Sequence record: NC_023593.1
Origin: Escherichia phage KBNP1711
Strand: one strand, 5' to 3'
DNA: 64,000 nucleotides
A model generated the notes under the pieces. The model was given only the letters and a program-made list of their open reading frames with translations. It made no database searches and was not told the DNA's origin. Made by a program: the position numbers and the translations under genes. Below are positions 1-10,076 of the stretch, piece by piece (position 1 is the first letter of the stretch; the number at the start of each line of letters is the position of its first letter).

Positions 1-478
1 CGCACTGCGTGCAACGCTGAAAAAGAAAGAACATAAAGAAAGTATTAAAAGAATAATAATAACATCAATTATCAATACCAATCTAATTAATACATACATC
101 ATTAATCCACCCATAATCGTTACACTAATCATTATTTACACTCAAACCATGGGGGATGCGATTGTTTCAATCCTACACTATTCTACCTGCAATAATGTGC
201 CCTTTACTTGTTTGTTATCAGGGCTGGCCTCTCATACCCTCCCAATTAATGAATGAAATAAACGGGGTGAAAGTAATGGGTACTATATTACACGGGGTAG
301 CGATTGCACGGGATAGGACACGGGGGAGGGTTAGGGCATTCAGGCACGTTCACGGGGAAGACGAACGCCAGTGAGATAACCCTTTTTTTAATGAGGACTC
401 CCCCTTTTTAGGAAACGCGCGCGAGGCACCTAGGCACACTCGGTCAAATCAGAATTTTAAACTGTTATATATAAGCAT

Positions 479-685
479 ATGCCCCAACTTTATGTTGTGG
501 ATTTAAGGTTGAGAGAGGGATTAATGAATCTAATTAAAGTGTTTAGACGGATGAAATGTAAGCATGATTATTATCTTCTTCGTAAAGCTTACGGGGATGA
601 AAGAATACACGGGCTATACTTATCAACATGGAAGTGTAAGGAATGTGGTAAGTTAAAGTTTAGTGAATGGGTGGACAGACCGTAA
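479..685 (+). CDS. hypothetical small Cys-rich protein (possible zinc ribbon)
   Basis: ORF track; CxH...CxxC spacing; no family recognised. Confidence 0.3.
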   Translation: MPQLYVVDLRLREGLMNLIKVFRRMKCKHDYYLLRKAYGDERIHGLYLSTWKCKECGKLKFSEWVDRP

Positions 686-912
686 TGGAATGGATATTCT
701 GGTTAGTAATAATCTTCTCTTTATTCATCTGCTTCTCTATAGCAAGGTGTATCAAATATGACTAAGCCTTAACATGACATGGCCTTTATGTGAGGTCCCC
801 TTTATATCAGAGGGATGTTTATGAGGTAGTCATCAGGGATGACGTAGCCTTTACGGGGTGGCCTTAATATGAGTACCCCTTTATGTCTTCCCTTTTTCAG
901 AGGAGAATTAAT

Positions 913-1170
913 ATGTATTTTATCTTAGACTTTTTATCAGAGGTGATTCCTCGGTTTCGCACTGAAAGGTGTGCATTCACATTTGAAGACATGGGTGACG
1001 GGGAGTTAATCCTCACCTGTATTGGTCGCTTAGTAGACTTAGACGATGACGAAGACTTTGATGCCACAATGGACGTAAGCGCCTTGGGTTGGCTTTACAT
1101 GAGAGCTTTCCTGTCATTCAAAACAAACACATTTACTGATTATAGAAAAGAGGACACTGATAATGAATAA
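913..1170 (+). CDS. hypothetical protein
   Basis: Track ORF 883..1170; AGGAG 7 nt upstream of ATG at 913 suggests the shorter start. Confidence 0.4.
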   Translation: MYFILDFLSEVIPRFRTERCAFTFEDMGDGELILTCIGRLVDLDDDEDFDATMDVSALGWLYMRAFLSFKTNTFTDYRKEDTDNE

Positions 1171-1681
1171 CACAACAATCATCGCAGCACAGGCTATGGA
1201 CTTAAACGATTATAACTCTGCCCTGTGTGGCTCAGGCACTTCAACTAAACTTATTAACGGACGGTTAGAACTGGTGAATGGTCTTTGTGTCCCTGATATC
1301 CATAGTGGTTCTATCCTTAAGCCAGAACATAAGAATCCTTCTACGTTAGAAGTTATTCAGTATGAATCTACCAAGCATAACCATTTGCCGGAACATGCAC
1401 GACAGATGATCGAATGGATAGAAGAAGCAGAATATGAAATGTTGTATAACTATATGAACTCAAAAGATGAGTGGACTCGATTGGTAAGCATTAACGAAGA
1501 TGGCACAGAAAAGATTACGTGGATTCATAAAGACGAAGTGGTTAACGACGTGGTAGAAGATTACGAAAAATTTTTGGTCGGAGGGTTGGCTGAAGTTGAG
1601 AAGGGGTATGCAGTTCCTGTAGAATACGAAGGTGAGCTTGTTGCTCTGAAGAAGATGTTTAACCTGAGCATCGATTGCTAA
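1163..1681 (+). CDS. hypothetical protein
   Basis: ORF track; GAGGA RBS; followed by terminator hairpin. Confidence 0.45.
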   Translation: MNNTTIIAAQAMDLNDYNSALCGSGTSTKLINGRLELVNGLCVPDIHSGSILKPEHKNPSTLEVIQYESTKHNHLPEHARQMIEWIEEAEYEMLYNYMNSKDEWTRLVSINEDGTEKITWIHKDEVVNDVVEDYEKFLVGGLAEVEKGYAVPVEYEGELVALKKMFNLSIDC

Positions 1682-1690
1682 TTTTGGTGT

Positions 1691-1716
1691 GCCTCTCGTA
1701 GTGGGAGGCTTTTTGT
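1691..1716 (+). terminator. rho-independent terminator-like hairpin
   Basis: 'gcctctc gtagt gggaggc' stem-loop followed by TTTTT. Confidence 0.5.
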
Positions 1717-1745
1717 TATAGTGGTAATGTAAGAAGGAGAGAAAC

Positions 1746-2216
1746 ATGTTTGGTGAAAAAGGAGAACTCACGCCTCTACAGGTAGCTGAGATTACAGGAA
1801 GATTACCCGGAGTAACGGAAGAACTTGAATCCAAGGGTATGAACCCAAGCAATGGGAAGTTTCAAAAAGGAAATAAGTTTGGTAGACCAAAAGGTAGTAG
1901 AGGTAAGCTTACTCAGCTTATGTTAGACCGAGTAGCTTCTAGTCATTTGTCTCCTGATGAAGTGTTAATTCAAATTTACGAAGACCCTAATATTCCGCCT
2001 GATCTTAGATTCAAGGCTGCATCAAAAGTCGCAGATCTAGTTTACCCTAAGGCAGCTTCTGTTGAAATTAAGATGGAGGATGAGAATGCAATTAATGAGG
2101 AAACGTTGAATGCACAAATCAAGGATTTCTTGACCGGAGCTTTAGGTATTGATGTTATGCCTCCAGAAGACTCTGAGGACGCTGAAAAGGAGGAGGAAGC
2201 GGACGAGAGTAAATAA
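1746..2216 (+). CDS. putative terminase small subunit
   Basis: AAGGAGA RBS; position immediately upstream of large terminase; acidic C-terminus; no diagnostic motif. Confidence 0.35.
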   Translation: MFGEKGELTPLQVAEITGRLPGVTEELESKGMNPSNGKFQKGNKFGRPKGSRGKLTQLMLDRVASSHLSPDEVLIQIYEDPNIPPDLRFKAASKVADLVYPKAASVEIKMEDENAINEETLNAQIKDFLTGALGIDVMPPEDSEDAEKEEEADESK

Positions 2217-2321
2217 AGGAAACGGGGAGCTGTCGAAGATTCTTTTACAGTGTACCTCAGTATAGAGGGGAGGGTTCTTTTCGCGAGGGATCTCTCCCTT
2301 TTTTTAATTTTTGGAGGAAGT

Positions 2322-3863
2322 ATGTCATTAGATAAAGAAGTATACGAAGCTCTCACTGGAGATAAACTAACAGTAGAGGAAAAGAAGCATCTGTTAGGAA
2401 TATTAAAAGAGCGAGATACATGGAGAAAGTATAATAAGATTCTAGCTTTCAAAGCATATGACTTTCAGAAGAAGTTTTATGAAGCAGGACTGAAGCACCG
2501 CTTTAGATTCCTGTGTGCAGCTAACCGTGTTGGTAAATCTTATAGTGAGGCATACGAGTTTGCTTGTCATGTCACAGGTCGCTACCCAACTTGGTGGACT
2601 GGATACAAATTTAAAAGACCTATCCTTGCATGGGCAGTCGGGATTACAGGGGATTCCACAAGAAAGGTTTTGCAAAAGGAATTGTTTGGCACACCTATTG
2701 GAAAAGATACAGATCTTATTGGTACAGGTGTGATTCCTCGTGATGCTATTGTCATAGACACAATAGAACGAGATGGTAACAAGCTTCAGATCGTACAAAT
2801 CAAACATCAAAACGAAAGGGGAGAGTTTGACGGCCTGAGCACATTAGAATTCCGTTCAACCCAACAGGGTGAACATACATTGATGGGTGCTACAGTTGAT
2901 TATATTTGGCTGGATGAAGAAGATCCTTATGAAAGTATGGCAATCTTTTCTCAGTGTGTAACACGTACACTCACAACTAAAGGTTTAGTAACGATTACAG
3001 CTACACCAGAGAACGGTTTAACAGAGCTGGTGGACAAGTTTATGAAAGGTGAAGGTGATGCAGATACAGGTTCTCTGTATTTCCAGAATGCTTCTTGGTG
3101 GGATGCACATGTTGACTTAGGTGGTCACATCTCAGACAAGGATATAAAGGATATGACCGAAGGTATTCCTGCTTGGCAGCTAGAGATGCGCTCCAAAGGT
3201 ATGCCTCTGTTGGGTTCAGGTTTGATTTATGATGTATCTGATGACTCAGTTAAGTGTGAACCATTCGATATCCCTGATACATGGAAACGTGTGTGTGCGG
3301 TTGATATCGGTATTGATCACCCTACTGCTGCTGTTTGGTCGGCTTACGATGCTAACACTGATACTATTTACATCTATGACTGCTATAAAGAAGGTGGTTA
3401 CACTCCAGCTTACCATGCTCCGGCTATTAATGGTCGAGGACAGTGGATTCCGGTGGTGTTACCTCACGATGCTGACAACCTTGAGAAAGGTAGTGGTTCT
3501 TCAGTGGCCCAATTCTATAGGAATGCAGGGGTTAACGTACAATCTGAGACCTTCTACAACAAGATTGGAATGGATGGTAAAAAGAACTTCTTTGTAGAGC
3601 CGGGAATTACAGATATTCGTGAACGTATGATGTCAGGTCGATTCAAGATCTTTAATACTGCTTCCTGTGCTAAACTCTTTGAAGAAAAAGCACGATACCA
3701 CCGTAAGGTTGGTAAGATTGTTAAAGAACATGATGACTTGATGGATGCGATGCGTTATTCTGCTTGCTCCGTAACACATAGAGGTCGTAGTAAACACGAT
3801 GCTAGCTACGGAAGTTCGTCGCTTTATCAAGAAAATATTAACAGATGGAATTCGAGTTACTAA
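2322..3863 (+). CDS. terL: terminase large subunit
   Basis: Walker A-like 'AANRVGKS', nuclease-domain acidic residues; GGAGGAAG RBS before ATG 2322 (track ORF starts 2250). Confidence 0.85.
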   Translation: MSLDKEVYEALTGDKLTVEEKKHLLGILKERDTWRKYNKILAFKAYDFQKKFYEAGLKHRFRFLCAANRVGKSYSEAYEFACHVTGRYPTWWTGYKFKRPILAWAVGITGDSTRKVLQKELFGTPIGKDTDLIGTGVIPRDAIVIDTIERDGNKLQIVQIKHQNERGEFDGLSTLEFRSTQQGEHTLMGATVDYIWLDEEDPYESMAIFSQCVTRTLTTKGLVTITATPENGLTELVDKFMKGEGDADTGSLYFQNASWWDAHVDLGGHISDKDIKDMTEGIPAWQLEMRSKGMPLLGSGLIYDVSDDSVKCEPFDIPDTWKRVCAVDIGIDHPTAAVWSAYDANTDTIYIYDCYKEGGYTPAYHAPAINGRGQWIPVVLPHDADNLEKGSGSSVAQFYRNAGVNVQSETFYNKIGMDGKKNFFVEPGITDIRERMMSGRFKIFNTASCAKLFEEKARYHRKVGKIVKEHDDLMDAMRYSACSVTHRGRSKHDASYGSSSLYQENINRWNSSY

Positions 3864-4006
3864 ATACAAGTGTTTCTAGTGAGGGTTAAGTCAGTTATTG
3901 CCCTCATTAGCTTATGGTATCAGCATACTGACATGCTGACGTGAGGGGGAGTGCAACGGCCCCTCTTAGTAATTCCTTCCCAGCTATCAACCGAGGGAGA
4001 GATTAG

Positions 4007-6250
4007 ATGGCTAAGAAGAATTTTAGTGAAGATGTATTGGATGAACTGCGCGTTGATCTTCAACGTCGATTCAACTACGCTCAAGGCTACGTAGATATCG
4101 CTGTAAAAGGCTATGCTCGTGAAGCTTGGGAATATTTTTATGGGAACCTTCCTGCTCCAGTTACAGCTGGTAGTTCTAGTTGGGTCGATCGTACAGTATG
4201 GGAATCAGTAAACGGTACACTCCAAGATATCATCAACGTATTCTGTTCAGGTGATGAAGCAGTAACGTTTGTAGCGGACAACCAAGCAGATAGTGATGCA
4301 GCTGACGTAGCAACTAAGCTCGTTAACCAAATCCTGTTGCGTGATAATCCGGGATACAATGTTATTTCCTCAGCGGCACAAGAGTGTCTTGTCACTCGTA
4401 ACTCTTTTATCAAATACTATTGGGATGAACAAACCTCCACTCAGACAGAAGAGGCAGAGGGCGTACCTCCAGAAGCACTTGCTGCATATGTGCAGGGATT
4501 AGAGGCTGGCGGTCTTGAAGATTTAGAAGTATTTACCACTGATAATGATGACGGTACAGTGGACGTCAAGGTTAACTACAAACAAACAGTAAAGCGTGTG
4601 AAGGTTGAGTATGTCCCTTCCGAACAAATCTTTGTAGATGAACATGCAACCAGCTTTGCTGATGCACAATATTTCTGTCATCGTGTACGTCGTTCTAAAG
4701 AAGATCTCGTAGCTATGGGTTTCCCTAAAGATGAGATTGAAGCTTTTAACGATTGGACGGATACGATGGACACTACCCAATCGACTGTTGCTTGGTCACG
4801 TACTGACTGGCGTCAGGATATAGATTCAGATATCGGTGTAGACACTGATGATATCGCTTCTATGGTTTGGGTTTATGAACATTACATCCGTACTGGTGTA
4901 CTGGATAAGAATAAAGAAGCAAAACTCTATCAGGTTATTCAAGCAGGTGAGCATATTCTCAGTTGTGAAGAAGTAACCAGTATTCCGTTCGTAACTTTCT
5001 GCCCATACCCAATTCCGGGTTCATTTTATGGTCAGTCTGTCTATGACATTACGAAAGATATCCAAGATTTACGTACCGCACTGGTTCGTGGTTATATTGA
5101 TAACGTAAACAATGCTAACTATGGTCGTTATAAAGCGATTGTAGGGGCGTATGACCGTCGCTCTTTGCTAGACAACCGTCCGGGTGGCGTTGTTGAAATG
5201 GAGCGTCAGGATGCGATTGACTTATTCCCATACCATAATCTACCTCAGGGTATCGATGGTCTGTTGGGAATGTCTGAAGAATTGAAAGAAACTCGTACAG
5301 GTGTCACTAAGCTCGGAATGGGTATTAACCCTGATGTGTTTAAGAATGACAACGCCTATGCTACTGTAGGTTTGATGATGAATGCAGCTCAGAACCGTCT
5401 CCGTATGGTATGTCGTAACATTGCACATAACGGTATGGTTGAGTTAATGCGTGGAATCTACAACCTTATCAGAGAGAATGGTGAAACCCCTTTACAGGTT
5501 CAAACACCTCGTGGAATGGTTCAGGTAAATCCAAAACAATTACCACCTCGTCACAATTTACAAGTTGTTGTAGCTATCTCTCCTAATGAGAAAGCAGAAC
5601 GTGCACAGAAATTGATTAGTCTGAAACAGCTGATTGCTGCTGACCAACAGTTAGCACCTCTCTTTACTCTGGAGCAAGATCGTTATATGACTGCACAAAT
5701 CTTTGAGTTGATGGGAATTAAGGATACTCATAAATACTTAATGCCTCTTGAGCAGTATCAGCCACCGCAGCCGTCTCCAATGGAAATTCTCCAGCTGGAA
5801 ATGACTAAAGCTCAGGTTGAGAACGTACAGGCTTCTTCTCAGAAGATGATTGCTGATGCATTCGACCAGCGTGAACGTACTACATTCGAACAGCAGAAAG
5901 CTGCCGATGAGTTCAGTCTGAAGCAGGAAGAGTTGCAGTTCAAGCAAGAAAATGCAGCAGACGTAATGACCTTAGAGAATCGTAAGGAAGACAATAGTGC
6001 TACTCTGGAACAAGCTAAACACAAGTTGTCTCTTCTTCAGCAGCAGGTTCGTCAGTATGAATCCGTACTGAAAGAACTACAGATGGTCATGGACCATCAG
6101 GTTGACCAAGAGAAGATTGTTGCTCAAGCACAAATTCAGGATAAGACTTTGGAACTCCAAAAGAAAGAGTCAAATGTAACTAAGAAAGACCAACAGAAGA
6201 CTCTAAAAGATTCTAGGATTCCTAACAGACGTCTTGGTAGTAAAAAATAA
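4007..6250 (+). CDS. portal protein
   Basis: 747-aa ORF directly after terL with coiled-coil C-terminus; GAGGGAGAG RBS. Confidence 0.75.
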   Translation: MAKKNFSEDVLDELRVDLQRRFNYAQGYVDIAVKGYAREAWEYFYGNLPAPVTAGSSSWVDRTVWESVNGTLQDIINVFCSGDEAVTFVADNQADSDAADVATKLVNQILLRDNPGYNVISSAAQECLVTRNSFIKYYWDEQTSTQTEEAEGVPPEALAAYVQGLEAGGLEDLEVFTTDNDDGTVDVKVNYKQTVKRVKVEYVPSEQIFVDEHATSFADAQYFCHRVRRSKEDLVAMGFPKDEIEAFNDWTDTMDTTQSTVAWSRTDWRQDIDSDIGVDTDDIASMVWVYEHYIRTGVLDKNKEAKLYQVIQAGEHILSCEEVTSIPFVTFCPYPIPGSFYGQSVYDITKDIQDLRTALVRGYIDNVNNANYGRYKAIVGAYDRRSLLDNRPGGVVEMERQDAIDLFPYHNLPQGIDGLLGMSEELKETRTGVTKLGMGINPDVFKNDNAYATVGLMMNAAQNRLRMVCRNIAHNGMVELMRGIYNLIRENGETPLQVQTPRGMVQVNPKQLPPRHNLQVVVAISPNEKAERAQKLISLKQLIAADQQLAPLFTLEQDRYMTAQIFELMGIKDTHKYLMPLEQYQPPQPSPMEILQLEMTKAQVENVQASSQKMIADAFDQRERTTFEQQKAADEFSLKQEELQFKQENAADVMTLENRKEDNSATLEQAKHKLSLLQQQVRQYESVLKELQMVMDHQVDQEKIVAQAQIQDKTLELQKKESNVTKKDQQKTLKDSRIPNRRLGSKK

Positions 6251-6259
6251 GGACACTGA

Positions 6260-6496
6260 ATGAATACACAACATCAATTCAATAAAGAGCATGCCGCCAA
6301 ACTGGCGGCTCTCAATCTTACAGGCAGTCTTGACGCAGCATTAGAGGCATTGAAAGAGAAACTCATGAAAGAAATTGTATCAACCGAGCCTCATGAGAAT
6401 AAGAAACGCGAAGATTGTTATCAAAAGTATAAAATGGTGGGTAGCTTAAAAGAGGTCATAAAAGCTGCTATCAATAGTGCAGGAGATGTTTCATAA
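6260..6496 (+). CDS. hypothetical small protein
   Basis: ORF track; AAGGA RBS; between portal and scaffold. Confidence 0.4.
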   Translation: MNTQHQFNKEHAAKLAALNLTGSLDAALEALKEKLMKEIVSTEPHENKKREDCYQKYKMVGSLKEVIKAAINSAGDVS

Positions 6497-7578
6497 TGCC
6501 ACAAGATAATTATATTGACCCGAACGATTTTAAATCTTTCCTCCAACTGGATGACCTGAAAGGTTCCTTCAAAGAAGAACTTGGTCGATTAGAATCTGAA
6601 CAAGAGCCAGAAGTGGACATTGACGAAGACTTCCCTGAATCTCAGGCTGATGACTTTGACATTGACACCGACCTTCTCGGCAAAGGCGATACGCTAGCGT
6701 TCGAAGATGAAGATGGTTGGGAAGATGAAGAAGAAACGGAAGACGAAGCAGATGAGACTGATGATGTTGTCGAGGATGACGAATCAGATGAGTCCAGTGA
6801 TGCTGAACACGAAGAAACAGCTGACGAGGACGTAGACTACGAAGACGGAGACGTCTACGATGTTGACTACGAAACCGTTATCACTCTTCCGGATGGTCGT
6901 GAAATGACAATCGAAGAACTGTCTAACGGCTACTTAACTGGTTCAGCGATGACCGAACGAGAAGAAACTCTCCAACGTCATGTTGAAGCTTTTGAAGAAC
7001 GTGTTGTAGGTTTGAAGGATGTATTAGATTTGGCGTCTCTGGAAGCAGACCGTGTAATTGAAGATTACAATGGCTTTGATTGGGACAAGCTCGCACAAGA
7101 AGATCCTCAGGCTTATGTAGAAAACAAACGTTTCTTAGAAAAATATGTAGCTCGTCGTCAGCAGCTGGAAGCAGCTCAGGCTAAGGCTAAACAGGAAGCG
7201 CAAGCTAAAGAAGAAGCTGTATTCCGCTCTAAGAGTGCTGAATGCGTTGCTATTCTGAAGCGTGAGATTCCTAATTGGGATGAGAATCTGTATCAGGGAC
7301 TAATGCAATATGCAATTGATCTCGGTGCTACAGAGGAAGAAGTATTGCGGGAGAATCGTCCGTCTATCTTCTTGGCTTTACACAAAGCATACCAGTTTGA
7401 TAAAGGTAAGCAACAGGTAATGGCTAAGATTAAACGTCCAGGTGCTCCACGAAAAGTCGTGAAGTCTGATGCTTCTAAAGCTCGTACTTCCGGTAAGCCA
7501 GACAACGCTAAGGTTGCCAAGGCATTTGCAGAGGGTCGTATTCGTCATGAAGATGCATTTAAGTATCTCGTAGATTAA
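6496..7578 (+). CDS. putative scaffolding protein (highly acidic)
   Basis: D/E-rich low-complexity N-half; position between portal and capsid genes; AGGAG RBS. Confidence 0.55.
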   Translation: MPQDNYIDPNDFKSFLQLDDLKGSFKEELGRLESEQEPEVDIDEDFPESQADDFDIDTDLLGKGDTLAFEDEDGWEDEEETEDEADETDDVVEDDESDESSDAEHEETADEDVDYEDGDVYDVDYETVITLPDGREMTIEELSNGYLTGSAMTEREETLQRHVEAFEERVVGLKDVLDLASLEADRVIEDYNGFDWDKLAQEDPQAYVENKRFLEKYVARRQQLEAAQAKAKQEAQAKEEAVFRSKSAECVAILKREIPNWDENLYQGLMQYAIDLGATEEEVLRENRPSIFLALHKAYQFDKGKQQVMAKIKRPGAPRKVVKSDASKARTSGKPDNAKVAKAFAEGRIRHEDAFKYLVD

Positions 7579-7619
7579 TCGACAAATTTATTTTTTAATA
7601 GTATAGGAGCTAACATAAC

Positions 7620-8690
7620 ATGGCAAATCCAACTTTATTTGTATCTTACGACCAGAACGGTAAAAAACTTTCCTTCGCTAACTGGATCTCTGTTCTGTCC
7701 CCGCAAGACACTCCGTTTGTGTCTATGACTGGTAAAGAGTCTATTAACCAGACTATTTTCAGCTGGCAGACCGACGCACTGGCAGCAGTTGACGCAGCTA
7801 ACGCACACATCGAAGGCTCTCGTGCTGATGATGGTGAAATGCAGCCGACTGTAATTAAATCAAACGTTACTCAGATCCTGCGTAAAGTTGTTCGTGTTTC
7901 TGATACCGCTAATACCACCGCTAACTACGGTCGTGGTCGTGAACTGATGTATCAGCTGGAGAAGAAAGGTAAAGAGATCAAGCGTGACCTCGAAAAAATC
8001 CTTCTGTCCGGTCAGGCTCGTACTGACGTACTGGCTGATCAGTATCTGACTAACTCAGCAGCTGACCCGGCTCAGGTTGGTAAGAATGACGCTCATGCAG
8101 CTCGTAAGACTGGTGCTTTCCAGTTCCTGTGTGCTCACGGTGGTCTGACTGGTGCTTCTGGTTCTCAGGTTGTTGATAAGACTAAGAACGGTCCTGCTGA
8201 CCCGGATACTGGTGCAATCACTGTTAAAGTTGCACAGAATGCTTCTAACCCGACCACTAACATTGGTTTTGATGAAGCTGATATCTTTGATATGACCCTG
8301 CAACTGTACACCGCTGGTTCTGAAGCAGATATCATCATGATCAACCCTGCTCATGCTAAGATCTTTGCTGCTCTTCAGGAAAACTCTGTTGGTTCTCGTC
8401 AGCGTATCTTTGAGAACACCAAGCAGTTCATCTACGAAGTTAATAGCATCACTGACCCGCTGGGCCAGAGCTACAAAATCATCGTTAACCGTTGGATGCC
8501 TGCTGATGCAGTATACTTCTTCCGCAGCGCTGATTGGACGCAGATGGTGCTTCGTGCACCAAAACGCACGGAATTAGCGAAGGATGGTTCTTACGAGAAG
8601 TGGATGATCGAAATGGAAGTTGGTCTGCGTCACCGCAACCCGTATGCTTCTGGCGTACTGTTCACCGCTGCGGGAAAGGCGGGAGCGTAA
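7620..8690 (+). CDS. major capsid protein (short form)
   Basis: Abundant-protein codon usage, AGGAG RBS, position after scaffold; ends 10 nt after slippery site. Confidence 0.75.
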   Translation: MANPTLFVSYDQNGKKLSFANWISVLSPQDTPFVSMTGKESINQTIFSWQTDALAAVDAANAHIEGSRADDGEMQPTVIKSNVTQILRKVVRVSDTANTTANYGRGRELMYQLEKKGKEIKRDLEKILLSGQARTDVLADQYLTNSAADPAQVGKNDAHAARKTGAFQFLCAHGGLTGASGSQVVDKTKNGPADPDTGAITVKVAQNASNPTTNIGFDEADIFDMTLQLYTAGSEADIIMINPAHAKIFAALQENSVGSRQRIFENTKQFIYEVNSITDPLGQSYKIIVNRWMPADAVYFFRSADWTQMVLRAPKRTELAKDGSYEKWMIEMEVGLRHRNPYASGVLFTAAGKAGA

Positions 8691-9217
8691 CAGTTGACAG
8701 TGTAACTGTTAGTCCTGCGTCTGTTGCTAGTCTTCAGACGGGGGCTACTCGGCAGTTCACTGCAATCGCGGAGAAAAGTGATGGTTCTACCGAAACAACT
8801 GGCTTTACTTGGTCAGTGACAGGAGGTGGTTCTATCACTCAGTCTGGTTTGTATACTGCTCCGAGTGCGGCTCAATCCACTGATGTGTCCATTACTGCAA
8901 CATTAGAAGATGTTTCTGGTACAGCAACCATTTCTGAAATTGTTGCTCCTGCTCCTACCATCGTATCTCGTGGTCCAATCGCAGATAAGGTAGGCGGTTC
9001 TACTACAGCTTTCACTACAATGTTTACCGTTACCAATTCAGCTGCTTCTAACTATACTTTCGTAGTAACTCCTCCGGGAGCTGGTTCTGTAAGTGCTGCC
9101 GGTCTTCTGACCTTGGCTGATGCTGCTTCTGGTGCTGTAAGTGTTAAAGCCACCCACTCTACGGTTTCGAGTGTTACGGCTACTTGTGAATTTACAGGTG
9201 TAACTCCAAAAGAGTAA
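7620..9217 (+). CDS. major capsid protein, extended form with C-terminal Ig-like (Big_2-like) domain via -1 frameshift
   Basis: Track ORF 8534..9217 is in the -1 frame and continuous across slippery heptamer 8672-8678. Confidence 0.6.
8672..8711 (+). promoter_or_regulatory. -1 programmed ribosomal frameshift signal
   Basis: Heptamer G_GGA_AAG, 9-nt spacer, 8-bp hairpin 'taacagtt gacagtgt aactgtta'. Confidence 0.6.
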
Positions 9218-9225
9218 AACTATAA

Positions 9226-9256
9226 AGGCTGCCTTCGGGTGGCCTTTTCTTGTTTT
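9226..9256 (+). terminator. rho-independent terminator after capsid gene
   Basis: 'aggctgcc ttcg ggtggcct' hairpin followed by T-rich run. Confidence 0.55.
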
Positions 9257-9278
9257 AAGACCTATACAAGCCAGTGTG

Positions 9279-9287
9279 TAATGTATA
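9279..9287 (+). promoter_or_regulatory. TAATGTATA motif (candidate phage promoter element)
   Basis: Exact motif 34 nt upstream of ATG 9321. Confidence 0.45.
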
Positions 9288-9320
9288 TTCTTTGTCTACA
9301 TACAACTAGGAGGACAATCT

Positions 9321-10067
9321 ATGGCGATGCCAGACGTTCAAAACCCAATTAATACCTACGGATGGCTTAAGAAGGCTGTGTCCCTCTGGGCTGACCGTGA
9401 CGACCCTGAATTTGTTAATCAAATTCCAAACTTTATTAACTTTGCAGAAAAGGAAATCTACCGTAATTTACGTATTCCTCCTCTGGAAAAAGAAGTCTAT
9501 TTAGATATTAAAGATGGTGTGGCTTTTATTCCACCAGATTACTTAGAAGCTCAGTGGATGATGAGATCTAAAGATGGTTTAATCTTCCGTGTAACCTCTC
9601 TCGAAGAAGTGGATTGGCTCAAACGTAATAACTCAGTCAACCCAACCAATTGGAATCAGGGAGAAGTTGTCTTTGCTCGTTTGGGTAGCCGGTTTATCTT
9701 CTACCCTGCAATTGAAGCAGATACTCCAGTTTACCCTGATGATGGCAGCCCTGAGATTCCAGCAGACAATGCGGTTATCCTCAGCTATTATGCTGACCCA
9801 CCAGAGTTTTGGGAAGATTCAGACACAAGTGCTATTCTTACTATCGCTCCAGAGCTTCTATTGTATTTTGCTTTACGTCATGCTTCCTTGTTTGTTCAGG
9901 ACGATAATGCAGTTCAGAAGTGGTCTGCTTTAGGTAAAGCCATTCTTGATGAAGTTGTTGAGCAGAGTAAGAAAGCAGAATACTCAGGTTCACCTTTAGT
10001 TATTCCTAACACGATTAGCCGTCTACATAGCTCTCGTGAAGTATATGGGATTCGTCGTTTTAGATAA
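9321..10067 (+). CDS. virion structural protein (possible head-tail adaptor/tail tubular protein)
   Basis: Position after capsid; strong GGAGGA RBS; no diagnostic motif. Confidence 0.4.
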   Translation: MAMPDVQNPINTYGWLKKAVSLWADRDDPEFVNQIPNFINFAEKEIYRNLRIPPLEKEVYLDIKDGVAFIPPDYLEAQWMMRSKDGLIFRVTSLEEVDWLKRNNSVNPTNWNQGEVVFARLGSRFIFYPAIEADTPVYPDDGSPEIPADNAVILSYYADPPEFWEDSDTSAILTIAPELLLYFALRHASLFVQDDNAVQKWSALGKAILDEVVEQSKKAEYSGSPLVIPNTISRLHSSREVYGIRRFR

Positions 10068-10076
10068 GGAGAGAAT

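Noticed and set aside
1-150. AT-rich low-complexity stretch at the window start as a possible genome terminus or origin
   Set aside because: No recognisable repeat structure or direct-repeat boundary; cannot be assessed without the rest of the genome.
156-374. 72-aa ORF at the left end
   Set aside because: No spaced RBS (G-run abuts the ATG), Cys/Trp-rich odd composition; probably non-coding.
2250-2321. Upstream extension of the terminase ORF from 2250
   Set aside because: An internal ATG at 2322 has a GGAGGAAG RBS and is preceded by a short hairpin plus T-run; the longer N-terminus is unlikely.
8534-9217. Track ORF 8534..9217 as an independent gene
   Set aside because: Its 5' part overlaps the capsid gene and it is in the -1 frame directly across a slippery heptamer; better explained as the frameshift extension of the capsid protein.
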